Shown: positions 56,795-64,000 of the stretch, one piece after another
Position numbering within the stretch: position 1 is the stretch's first letter
Layout: the number at the start of each line of letters is the position of its first letter
Source: a virus
DNA length: 64,000 nucleotides
IMG/VR virus record: IMGVR_UViG_3300010885_072825
Location: 32,001-96,000 of that record
Direction: 5' to 3' (one strand)
Notes under the pieces: generated by a model
The model's input: the letters and a program-made list of their open reading frames with translations, nothing else
Database searches by the model: none
What the model was told of the DNA's origin: nothing
Translations under genes and position numbers: made by a program

Positions 56795-57355
56795 TCAACT
56801 GTTTTTCACATACCCTCTGAAAGTCAAAGAGATTCTAGCTCCGCAAATGAAACTGGCCTTGGGAATGCGATGCAAATGGGTATCTTGCATTCCAGCATGC
56901 ATCAAACACAAACTGCCATGTGGCAACTTGACTTTGGTGATATTTTCAGGACTATTGTCTGCACCAATTTCCTTGAACCAAATTTCTCGTTCTACTCCCA
57001 AACTAATGATGCCAATTGGTCGAGCATCATCCATCTCAGGACTGTTGTCCGAGTGCCATCCCAATTGATCCTTTTGATCCAAATAGCGATTCAAGAAACA
57101 AACTTCGAACACTGCTCCAGTGTGTGCTTCCAATGATTGACGAATCGTCAAAATTTCTGGGTGCCAGGGTTGAACTTGATAGGCACGTCCATGTTCAGGA
57201 GTACCATAGAAATAAGGCTCAGGAAAATCATTGCAGTAGTATTCGCTACGCGGCGTGTTAGAGATCCTTACCCAATCCAATTCCTGATTCAACACAGCAA
57301 AAGAATCCGATGGGTTGGTAATAAAGTCGGGGATCAATGTGATAGGTACGGTCAT
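56795..57355 (-). CDS. alkB: AlkB-family 2OG-Fe(II) dioxygenase (ALKBH2/3-like)
   Basis: NRY...DQLGWHSD, ISLG..R, HGSL..M....Q..HLH, RISLTFR. Confidence 0.9.
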   Translation of the reverse strand: MTVPITLIPDFITNPSDSFAVLNQELDWVRISNTPRSEYYCNDFPEPYFYGTPEHGRAYQVQPWHPEILTIRQSLEAHTGAVFEVCFLNRYLDQKDQLGWHSDNSPEMDDARPIGIISLGVEREIWFKEIGADNSPENITKVKLPHGSLCLMHAGMQDTHLHRIPKASFICGARISLTFRGYVKNS

Positions 57356-57378
57356 CGGATTTTTCTCATCGTTCGTTG

Positions 57379-57753
57379 TTAAATGAATCTATTTCTTGCG
57401 TCTTTCAAATGAGCAGGCAATGCTTCAGCTTCAGTATCATCAAGTTCCCAAAGATTGCAGGTGAACTGTCGTTCAATGATCACAAATTGTTGACCATCCC
57501 ATTCTGCCATAGCCCATTCACGATAGTTATTTACCGGCTTGTCCGTAGGGCAACATTTACGTCTTTGTGATTGAAAGTTCCAATGATCACTAATTCGGAT
57601 ACACCCAATTGGCGTCTTTCCCCAATCTTTTTCACTGTCTTCACAGCTATAGTAGCTTTTTGAATAGGGACTCTTGTGTACCTTATCCCAACTGCGAATG
57701 ATACGCTTAAAGTCTCGAGGAACTTGCCAAGCGATTTGCATGATCAAATGCAT
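57379..57753 (-). CDS. hypothetical protein
   Basis: KSPYSKSYY, IRISDHWNF motif. Confidence 0.65.
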   Translation of the reverse strand: MHLIMQIAWQVPRDFKRIIRSWDKVHKSPYSKSYYSCEDSEKDWGKTPIGCIRISDHWNFQSQRRKCCPTDKPVNNYREWAMAEWDGQQFVIIERQFTCNLWELDDTEAEALPAHLKDARNRFI

Positions 57754-57944
57754 TCTGAAGTGGGTACAGCCTTAAACCAATAGCGTCCCTTCTTAGCACC
57801 CACGATATGACCACCAGCAACGGCTTGGTAACGTGCCTTTTTGATTGCATCAGACTTGGACGTCGCCGTTACGTAGAATGGGATACCACCCTTTTCATCC
57901 CATGCAGGATATTGAAAGGTCATTGTAACTTCATATTCGGTCAT
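57744..57944 (-). CDS. small hypothetical protein
   Basis: GGGAG RBS; promoter at 57971-57998. Confidence 0.65.
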   Translation of the reverse strand: MTEYEVTMTFQYPAWDEKGGIPFYVTATSKSDAIKKARYQAVAGGHIVGAKKGRYWFKAVPTSECI

Positions 57945-57970
57945 GCTGCGCTCTCCCGTTGCATGCGTGT

Positions 57971-57998
57971 ATACTAGCAGAATCTAATTCATTGTCAA
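57971..57998 (-). promoter_or_regulatory. sigma70-type promoter TTGACA-N16-TAGTAT
   Basis: TGC-TAGTAT -10. Confidence 0.6.
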
Positions 57999-58006
57999 TA
58001 CCTAGT

Positions 58007-58261
58007 TCAATTCCAATTCACGGTTTTCGAAGTGGTGCAATTGTAAATAAACACCGCTGCGGATTTGCTTGAACACCAAATTTTATCAGTACAGTTTGGA
58101 TCTTCAACTTTTGTGATTCGAACAAAATACTCTGCATTCTTAAAGTCATAACTCAGTTGCTTTTGAGTTTCGCCATCTTCGGTGAACGATTCAGCAAGAA
58201 GAATAGGTTCCATTTCATCCAGGTCATTCTCTGAAATATGAAATTGATCCAAAGTAGTCAT
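58007..58261 (-). CDS. hypothetical protein
   Basis: Start MTTLDQ after GGGAG. Confidence 0.55.
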   Translation of the reverse strand: MTTLDQFHISENDLDEMEPILLAESFTEDGETQKQLSYDFKNAEYFVRITKVEDPNCTDKIWCSSKSAAVFIYNCTTSKTVNWN

Positions 58262-58346
58262 TTTGTTGTCTCCCAACAAGTATTCTTCAACAATTTGATA
58301 ATAACAACTTTTGATTTTTTGTCAAATGAAAAACATAAATAGTTTT

Positions 58347-58790
58347 ATGAGAATTAGTGACTTGCTTGATACACCCTTGAATGAATCCGATAAAAAAGCT
58401 GATCAAAAAGACCGAGAACAATATAAAAAATGGCGACAACTAGTGAACATGTCGTCAGCAACCTTGTCTAAATTTCTTGAAACTCGAACTGGTGATGAAG
58501 CTGGACTTAAAAAGAAGCAAGCAGCCAAATTGGGAATTGGTACTGGTCATGAAAGTGCGCGCGCAATTTTGCGAATGAGAAAAAAGCCATTTTCTGAATG
58601 GAATGAAACTGATCGCAAATGGATGAATCGACAAATATCATTCATATCTCGGATGTCTGGCAACCCTGGCCCACTGGTGAAAAAAGATGCTGACGGCAAA
58701 AATATACCTACAAGAAAATTAACATCACTTTGGATCTGGGGTCATATTCCAACCGGATATCCGCCCGGCAAGTTTGGTGTTTTTAAATAA
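58347..58790 (+). CDS. DUF3140-like protein with putative protease leader
   Basis: LVNMS, GHESARAI, SL..WGH.P; MRISDLLDTPLNE|S; TAAATA 5 nt from ATG 58347. Confidence 0.7.
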   Translation: MRISDLLDTPLNESDKKADQKDREQYKKWRQLVNMSSATLSKFLETRTGDEAGLKKKQAAKLGIGTGHESARAILRMRKKPFSEWNETDRKWMNRQISFISRMSGNPGPLVKKDADGKNIPTRKLTSLWIWGHIPTGYPPGKFGVFK

Positions 58791-59172
58791 ATTCATCTAG
58801 ATCAATATATTGAATTTGTTCAATATGTAATGACTCCATAGCACCTGAACCATAATAATTACTAACTGGATAAAGAAAGAGTTGAATAACTCGTCCCGAA
58901 TCTAAAGTCATCTCAAATGTAGGATTTTTGATCTTAATTCTTTCTTGCCATGGCAATAGTTCATAATGTTTGTGTGACGCTGCAATATAAGGACTTTCAT
59001 CACCTTCACATCTTCCAAAATATCCATTCGAAGTGCCTTCAATTTTGTCTTTGATTTCTTCCAGTGTCTGTTTATTTTTGCTCATTGCCAAAATTCTTAG
59101 ATCACGAAGCGACTCATGATCAGTGCCATTGAAGCTGTAGATATATGTTGTCAATTGATATGCAGTAGCCAT
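58783..59172 (-). CDS. hypothetical protein
   Basis: AGGA RBS, 129 aa. Confidence 0.55.
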   Translation of the reverse strand: MATAYQLTTYIYSFNGTDHESLRDLRILAMSKNKQTLEEIKDKIEGTSNGYFGRCEGDESPYIAASHKHYELLPWQERIKIKNPTFEMTLDSGRVIQLFLYPVSNYYGSGAMESLHIEQIQYIDLDEFI

Positions 59173-59198
59173 TTAAAAATTCCTAAAAAAGTTAAATT

Positions 59199-59456
59199 TT
59201 ACGCTCTGTTGAAGCTTGCACAGATTACACCAGCTGGTAGATGAGTTTCACCAATATATTCTACAATTACGTTTTCTGGATTGGTCCATGAATGATCATC
59301 ACCTCCAATCCAATCAGAACCATCCCATTTAAGAAATATACCATCCGGATGAATCAGTTTCGCAGAATCTGATGTTTCAGCAGCCACAACCGCACAGTCA
59401 TAGCTGTCCCACCATTGGTTTTTCAAAACAGTACGTGAAATAAGAAATAATTTCAT
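59199..59456 (-). CDS. small phage protein
   Basis: YDCAVVAA...A..IHP...VICASFN; GAGGA RBS. Confidence 0.65.
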   Translation of the reverse strand: MKLFLISRTVLKNQWWDSYDCAVVAAETSDSAKLIHPDGIFLKWDGSDWIGGDDHSWTNPENVIVEYIGETHLPAGVICASFNRA

Positions 59457-59465
59457 GTCAAATCC

Positions 59466-59585
59466 TCAATTAGTTTTGTCTGAGTCTTGAGTTTCATTCA
59501 ATGCGTCTCGGCGGCCATCCAAAAACCCAGCTACATAACCAATAATTGCTGCACTTAATGCCGTGATTACAAGTTCCAAAAACAA
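59466..59585 (-). CDS. possible 39-aa TM peptide (TTG start)
   Basis: FLELVITALSAAIIGYVAGFLDGRRD...; AGGAG upstream, sigma70-like promoter ~59617-59642. Confidence 0.4.
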   Translation of the reverse strand: MFLELVITALSAAIIGYVAGFLDGRRDALNETQDSDKTN

Positions 59586-59638
59586 TGCATTTGAATGTCT
59601 CCTGTTGTGCCGTCATCATAACAGGATTATTGTTTATG

Positions 59639-60871
59639 TCAATCAATTTCTCGAACATCCCATGCTTGCGGACCCCAGCTGGTATATTTTACTTGAACTT
59701 GATTTTGATGTCGAAGACGACCAACAAAATCTTTAGATCTAGCTTCCACAACTTCATTTGATCCAGGATGGATATATGAAATATTATCAAACTGATCCAA
59801 ACATGTGACGGCCAATTGAGGAGTGTTCAGTTTGATTTTGAACACTGTGGCCATTGCCTGAGATCGTTCCCAATCTGATTGAATGTTCTTATAGAGCTCG
59901 TTAAGATCCAGAGGCGCGAATCGCAAAGTATCTTGCCATGGATTGGGTTTGTTGGTTTGATCAACTACTTGAGAAAAATCCATTTTCAAATTTTCCCATT
60001 TTAGTGGACCTGCTCCATGGCGAGTGGCATAGCAGCGGGTCACATATACAGGGGTGATTTCTTTTACTCCCAGTTCAGCCGCAGTATGAATTGCACTGAG
60101 CAGTCCCGTAATCGACCTAGTCACATGGGGAAATTCACCCATAAGTTCATCCAACCCCAGACCCTGTGCACCTTCAAAAATCACAGGTGTATCTTCCCAA
60201 ATGTTGAAAGGGTTGAAATTGGGTTGAATCACTTTGAGAGTTTCTAGCATACGTTTGATCATGGCCCATTCTGAATCAACATTCATCAATGGTACAAATT
60301 TTTGATATTCGGGGAGATGTTCAAATGGTTCTAGTAGTGGTTTGTAATATTCCTGTACTCGCAAAAGACTGAGAGAACTAGTACCATAACAACAATCATT
60401 GAGAACCAACTGCGCTGATGGATCTTGATTTCTAGTTACCGTAGCATTCACACCCAAACCACAGGACCCATGCTTGCTAGTACCTCGACTAATTTCTTGC
60501 AATTGATTATATGCAATATCCCAAATTGTGGTGATGATTGCGCTGGGATGAGCCCAAAAATTATAATGATAGGGACCATCAACATGTTGGATTCCCAATG
60601 CTTGTAATTGATCCCATTCTTTTAGAAATGCAAATGGATTGACGATAAAATTACTAGATAGATAAGTTCTAGATCCAGCAAGTGTTCCAGATCCAAAGTG
60701 ACCAAACACATGACGATGTTGATCTGTTACCACAGTGTGTCCAGCTTGAGCTCCGCCATTAACACGAGCAACTAGTGTATTTTTTGGACCTAACTTTCTA
60801 GCTAGATAATCAGTAATCAAGCCTTTGCCTTCATCACCATATCCAGCACCAATAACAGCATAGTTCGTCAT
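59639..60871 (-). CDS. purA: adenylosuccinate synthetase (PurA-like)
   Basis: GDEGKG, GGAQAGHT, HGSCGLG, EGAQG..LD, TRHGAGP; start moved to MTNYAV (AAGGTG RBS, promoter 60895-60922). Confidence 0.85.
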   Translation of the reverse strand: MTNYAVIGAGYGDEGKGLITDYLARKLGPKNTLVARVNGGAQAGHTVVTDQHRHVFGHFGSGTLAGSRTYLSSNFIVNPFAFLKEWDQLQALGIQHVDGPYHYNFWAHPSAIITTIWDIAYNQLQEISRGTSKHGSCGLGVNATVTRNQDPSAQLVLNDCCYGTSSLSLLRVQEYYKPLLEPFEHLPEYQKFVPLMNVDSEWAMIKRMLETLKVIQPNFNPFNIWEDTPVIFEGAQGLGLDELMGEFPHVTRSITGLLSAIHTAAELGVKEITPVYVTRCYATRHGAGPLKWENLKMDFSQVVDQTNKPNPWQDTLRFAPLDLNELYKNIQSDWERSQAMATVFKIKLNTPQLAVTCLDQFDNISYIHPGSNEVVEARSKDFVGRLRHQNQVQVKYTSWGPQAWDVREID

Positions 60872-60894
60872 GACGTCACCTTGAAGTTTCATAG

Positions 60895-60922
60895 ATTATA
60901 ACATGCCATTGAAATCTGTCAA
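60895..60922 (-). promoter_or_regulatory. sigma70 consensus promoter TTGACA-N16-TATAAT
   Basis: Exact -35 and -10 hexamers. Confidence 0.75.
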
Positions 60923-60979
60923 CCTCTCTGTCAGAATGATACAAAAACAATAAATAAAAGCAGCAATCCGGAGAACAAC

Positions 60980-61561
60980 GTGTCTATTGAAGAAATTAGA
61001 AAACTTATTGATTTATTAGAATCTGTTGATCAACATCAAGTACTTGGTGAGTCTATTTGGCCAAGTGCGGAAAAACGTACTGCTAAAGAACTTAAAAGGG
61101 ATGAAGCCAAGCGAAGAAAGCTAACTCCAACAGTAGATGAACAAGCACAGGATTTGTTACCAGCTGTAAAAAAAGCATTTAATTATGTGGTAAATGGTGG
61201 AAATAGGCCAGACGGGGTTTATATTCGTATAGAAGAAAATAAAAAAATATCATTTAAACTCAGTGGTGATTATATTACATCTTATGCAACGCCATTTAAT
61301 ATATTATTATGCACCAAACGAAATAATATGTTGGGGTGGGATGCAGATAATAATAAGTTATACTTGTTTGAATACAAAAATATCGGTACGTCTAAGACCC
61401 CAATATTCATACCACACACCAGATATGTGGATTTTAAATTTCCCGGAGAATATAATCCGCAGTTACCAGGGGATGTCAAAAAGGCATCCGCTATTTTGAA
61501 GACATTATGTGATTCTCCTGAATACAAGGATTTCACAAAATATTATACATATTTCAGCTAG
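60980..61561 (+). CDS. EIRK-leader protein, unknown payload
   Basis: MSIEEIRKLIDLLE|S..VLGE|S; TAAATA 60951-60956; GGAG RBS, GTG start. Confidence 0.7.
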   Translation: MSIEEIRKLIDLLESVDQHQVLGESIWPSAEKRTAKELKRDEAKRRKLTPTVDEQAQDLLPAVKKAFNYVVNGGNRPDGVYIRIEENKKISFKLSGDYITSYATPFNILLCTKRNNMLGWDADNNKLYLFEYKNIGTSKTPIFIPHTRYVDFKFPGEYNPQLPGDVKKASAILKTLCDSPEYKDFTKYYTYFS

Positions 61562-62385
61562 CGAAACAACCAAGCAACTTTTTCATCAATCGACCAGGTT
61601 CTAAATTCAGGGCAGGGAGCACTTTTGATCACATGTCGATCAAACAAAGTATCTGGTGAGGGTCGATGTGCGGCCGGGATGCCATCAAGTTCTTTGTTAG
61701 TCAGAGGGTGTTGAACCAAGTATCGACGTACCCAAGTGCCGTGGACAAATGCAGCCGGAAACGAATCAATCAGATGGTCAAGCTCAGCCAACCGTTGTCG
61801 CATTTCTTGACTGTTTTGCCCTTGCAAACTCTTATGGGAAAAATAATGATGGGCTGCCATACTGGTGGAATTTTTCTCACAATCCAATACCCTCCAAAGC
61901 ATGGCATTGGCTGCTTCAGTTTGTGAGGGCAGAGAAAAAACCCTGGCATCAAAATGCGGAATATATTCTTGCAGTGCCTGAACTCGACCGTGATAATCGT
62001 CACTAGCATCTATTGAATGCATGAATTTAGAACTGGCCATACCAGACAGTACACTAGACATCTTAGTGACTTTGCCTGAAAACCAATCAGGTTTAGCCCA
62101 AACTAAACTGATTTCATCGCTTTGAGTGAATCCTGCCAGTGCATGGGTTTGCTCCACAAGGTACTCGGTGGTCTTGACCATGCATGCATGAAAATTGACA
62201 TCAAATGGTCGTTCTAAATTTTTGGTTAGTTTGGAAAAACTGCGCCCATCTATCCTAGCATACACGGGTAGATCTTCAGGCAATCGAATCTCAGTGTACA
62301 CTGATTCTAATTCCTTCATTCGATCACCCAGCTCGTCTTTGGATACAGAAACCAAAGGTTTACGATCTTCGTCTAAGAATGTCAT
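61558..62385 (-). CDS. Thg1-like tRNA(His) guanylyltransferase / 3'-5' polymerase
   Basis: RMKELE, RIDGRSFS, QSDEISL, FDARVF, WR..D..KNS. Confidence 0.88.
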   Translation of the reverse strand: MTFLDEDRKPLVSVSKDELGDRMKELESVYTEIRLPEDLPVYARIDGRSFSKLTKNLERPFDVNFHACMVKTTEYLVEQTHALAGFTQSDEISLVWAKPDWFSGKVTKMSSVLSGMASSKFMHSIDASDDYHGRVQALQEYIPHFDARVFSLPSQTEAANAMLWRVLDCEKNSTSMAAHHYFSHKSLQGQNSQEMRQRLAELDHLIDSFPAAFVHGTWVRRYLVQHPLTNKELDGIPAAHRPSPDTLFDRHVIKSAPCPEFRTWSIDEKVAWLFR

Positions 62386-62387
62386 TA

Positions 62388-62708
62388 TTAATCTTCTTTG
62401 TTTTCATTGTAGAAACTCAATGCTTTACGAAGCCTGGCAATTTCCTCTTCTGCTGCTGCCGCTCTGGCCAAAGCGTTATTGACGGTTTCCATCATGCCAC
62501 GTCCAGTTCGAGCAAGACTAGAGATTTGGGTTTGCAAACTGTCTACTGTTTCTTGAGAATACAGAGGTTCGATTGGTCCAAAAATCTCAACCAAATTCTT
62601 TTCCCAATACTCAACGGTGGTATCGTATTCGGTATACGTATAGTCGCAGACACCAATACCGGGATTGCGGGCTCCAATACGCCAAGCAATGGGATTAACT
62701 TCTGACAT
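62388..62708 (-). CDS. hypothetical protein with C-terminal coiled coil
   Basis: PIAWR, IEPLY, heptads; GGAG RBS. Confidence 0.6.
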   Translation of the reverse strand: MSEVNPIAWRIGARNPGIGVCDYTYTEYDTTVEYWEKNLVEIFGPIEPLYSQETVDSLQTQISSLARTGRGMMETVNNALARAAAAEEEIARLRKALSFYNENKED

Positions 62709-62754
62709 TTTGCTCTCCAGCAGTTCGTTATACTATTACATAGCAGATTATATT

Positions 62755-62952
62755 TTATTTGTCAATGCATCGATTGATATATTTTACAATTCCCAAAGGT
62801 ACCATAATTGGCCAACCAAAAACACAAAGCACGATGGTTTCTGAGTTTACCTTTGTGAACAGTGCTTTTGCTAACATTGCAGTATAAGGTATGAACATGA
62901 TACTAGCAAAAACACCACAAACCCAATATGCAACAAACTGTTGAATTTCCAT
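62755..62952 (-). CDS. small membrane protein
   Basis: Two TM segments; AAGGAG RBS. Confidence 0.6.
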   Translation of the reverse strand: MEIQQFVAYWVCGVFASIMFIPYTAMLAKALFTKVNSETIVLCVFGWPIMVPLGIVKYINRCIDK

Positions 62953-63068
62953 TATCGGTCTCCTTCGATGCGATTCAAAATTTCAGTACCGATCCAATAC
63001 ACGCAGACTACCATTACAAATGCTACCTCTCCGGTTGCAAGTGCATCAAATAAAGACTCTGTTGTCAT
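62952..63068 (-). CDS. 38-aa TM peptide MTTESLFDALATGEVAFVMVVCVYWIGTEILNRIEGDR
   Basis: AGGA RBS; TAATG coupling to next gene. Confidence 0.55.
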   Translation of the reverse strand: MTTESLFDALATGEVAFVMVVCVYWIGTEILNRIEGDR

Positions 63069-63091
63069 TTGAAATATTTCCTGTGAGTTAA

Positions 63092-63120
63092 AATGATGCA
63101 GAGGTTATCTCTGCATCATT
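63092..63120 (-). terminator. terminator-like hairpin
   Basis: AATGATGCAGAG-N-CTCTGCATCATTTT. Confidence 0.65.
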
Positions 63121-63130
63121 CATAATCAAA

Positions 63131-64000
63131 TTATGCCGTTTGCAATGCGTTAGTAAACGCATATTCCAATTTACTAGCTATTTCAGATTCTGTCAAGACC
63201 TGTCGAATGCTAGTGCCTTCAGCAATCTTAATAGTAGCTGTGATAATAGCAGGCAGGTCTTTATGATCCTTCATCCTAATCACATTTGGCCCCAACAGTT
63301 CAGTCCAGTTTGCAACCACTAGCCCTGGGTTAGAACGAGCATAGCTACCTTGTTCAGCAACAATATGGAACACATTGTATTTTTGTTGAACCAATTCCAA
63401 CAGTTCGGCATTTGAATAAACTAGATGTTGTCCTTCTGTACCAAACACCGATTTCAATTGACTGGCCGTAAGAGGTTTAGGTGCCATTTCGTCACCGATA
63501 GTAAAGATGTAACCTTTTTTGCCACGTTTTTCGAGACAATCAATTGCAGTCTTAGTAAGAGCAAAATACCACGGTAGGTTATAAGATTCAGTGTTGTTTC
63601 CACCACCACCGCTTTCAATCCACATGGTGCGCAATTGTCCAATCAATGGGATTGCTCCTGCTTCAAACTGTGAAACTTGCAAAGGTGCTGAGTCTGAATA
63701 CACATCACCGATGCCCATAAACATTAGGTGAGGGTCAGTAACAGGACGTTGATCATAGATAGAATTCATGATCTCAGGTAGTTGTGTTTTGGCAATTTCA
63801 TGTGCCACAAATCCCATGCTACCAGTTACATCCAATCCAATGATAATGGATGTGGACATCGGATTAGCGTCTGAGTCTCTGGATTCACGAATTGTGATCT
63901 TGCGTGGATCCAATGCTTGTGGCATGTTGCGACTAGTAAACACTTCATGCTGAGATTTAGTTCCCAGCCCATGCGTGCTTGAATAAGTTCTATAAGTAGT
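63131..64000 (-). CDS. vWA-domain protein (start beyond window edge)
   Basis: LDVTGSMG (MIDAS), IGD, GGGGNNTESY, FTIGDE; frame stays open to the window end. Confidence 0.8.
   Translation of the reverse strand, partial: TTYRTYSSTHGLGTKSQHEVFTSRNMPQALDPRKITIRESRDSDANPMSTSIIIGLDVTGSMGFVAHEIAKTQLPEIMNSIYDQRPVTDPHLMFMGIGDVYSDSAPLQVSQFEAGAIPLIGQLRTMWIESGGGGNNTESYNLPWYFALTKTAIDCLEKRGKKGYIFTIGDEMAPKPLTASQLKSVFGTEGQHLVYSNAELLELVQQKYNVFHIVAEQGSYARSNPGLVVANWTELLGPNVIRMKDHKDLPAIITATIKIAEGTSIRQVLTESEIASKLEYAFTNALQTA

Noticed and set aside
59639-60871. PurZ (2-aminoadenine Z-genome) assignment
   Set aside because: The catalytic Asp is retained in GDEGKG, whereas PurZ has Ser at this position; no datZ or mazZ is visible nearby.
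1-64000. Stop-codon reassignment (alternative genetic code)
   Set aside because: Core genes are full length under code 11, and TAA, TAG and TGA all terminate tightly packed genes.

Overview
This window is an AT-rich, gene-dense segment of a large tailed dsDNA phage with a T4-like core, probably a jumbo myovirus. Split DnaE-like genes and conserved hypotheticals around uvsW and gp32 recall RAK2/GAP32-like phages (inference, no search run). Core genes are gp61 primase, gp41 helicase, UvsW, UvsY, UvsX/RecA (with a 148-aa mini-intein in its P-loop), gp32 SSB, gp17 terminase, RNase H and a probable gp62. Accessory genes include a 197-aa minimal DnaE-like core, a DnaJ-def-ClpA operon, RNA-repair enzymes (Rnl1, DRB0094 ligase, separate kinase and phosphatase, Thg1, AlkB), QueE, PurA, heme oxygenase plus bilin reductase, a MoxR/vWA pair and a GIY-YIG endonuclease fused in frame to a core gene. 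Two promoter classes are visible: (TA)TAAATA late boxes, several only 4-5 nt from an ATG, and sigma70-type TTGACA-N16/17 promoters. The best candidates for novelty are: (1) late-expressed proteins sharing an N-terminal 'EIRK-x-x-x-LLE|S' leader on unrelated payloads, plus helical-repeat polyproteins cut by the same L/I-x-E|S sites, which suggests a capsid-packaged effector system; (2) a promoter-driven tRNA-like ncRNA at about 21279-21372 whose anticodon region is a kissing-loop three-way junction; (3) a mini-intein next to a free-standing endonuclease, suggesting collaborative homing. All product calls come from motifs recognised by eye.
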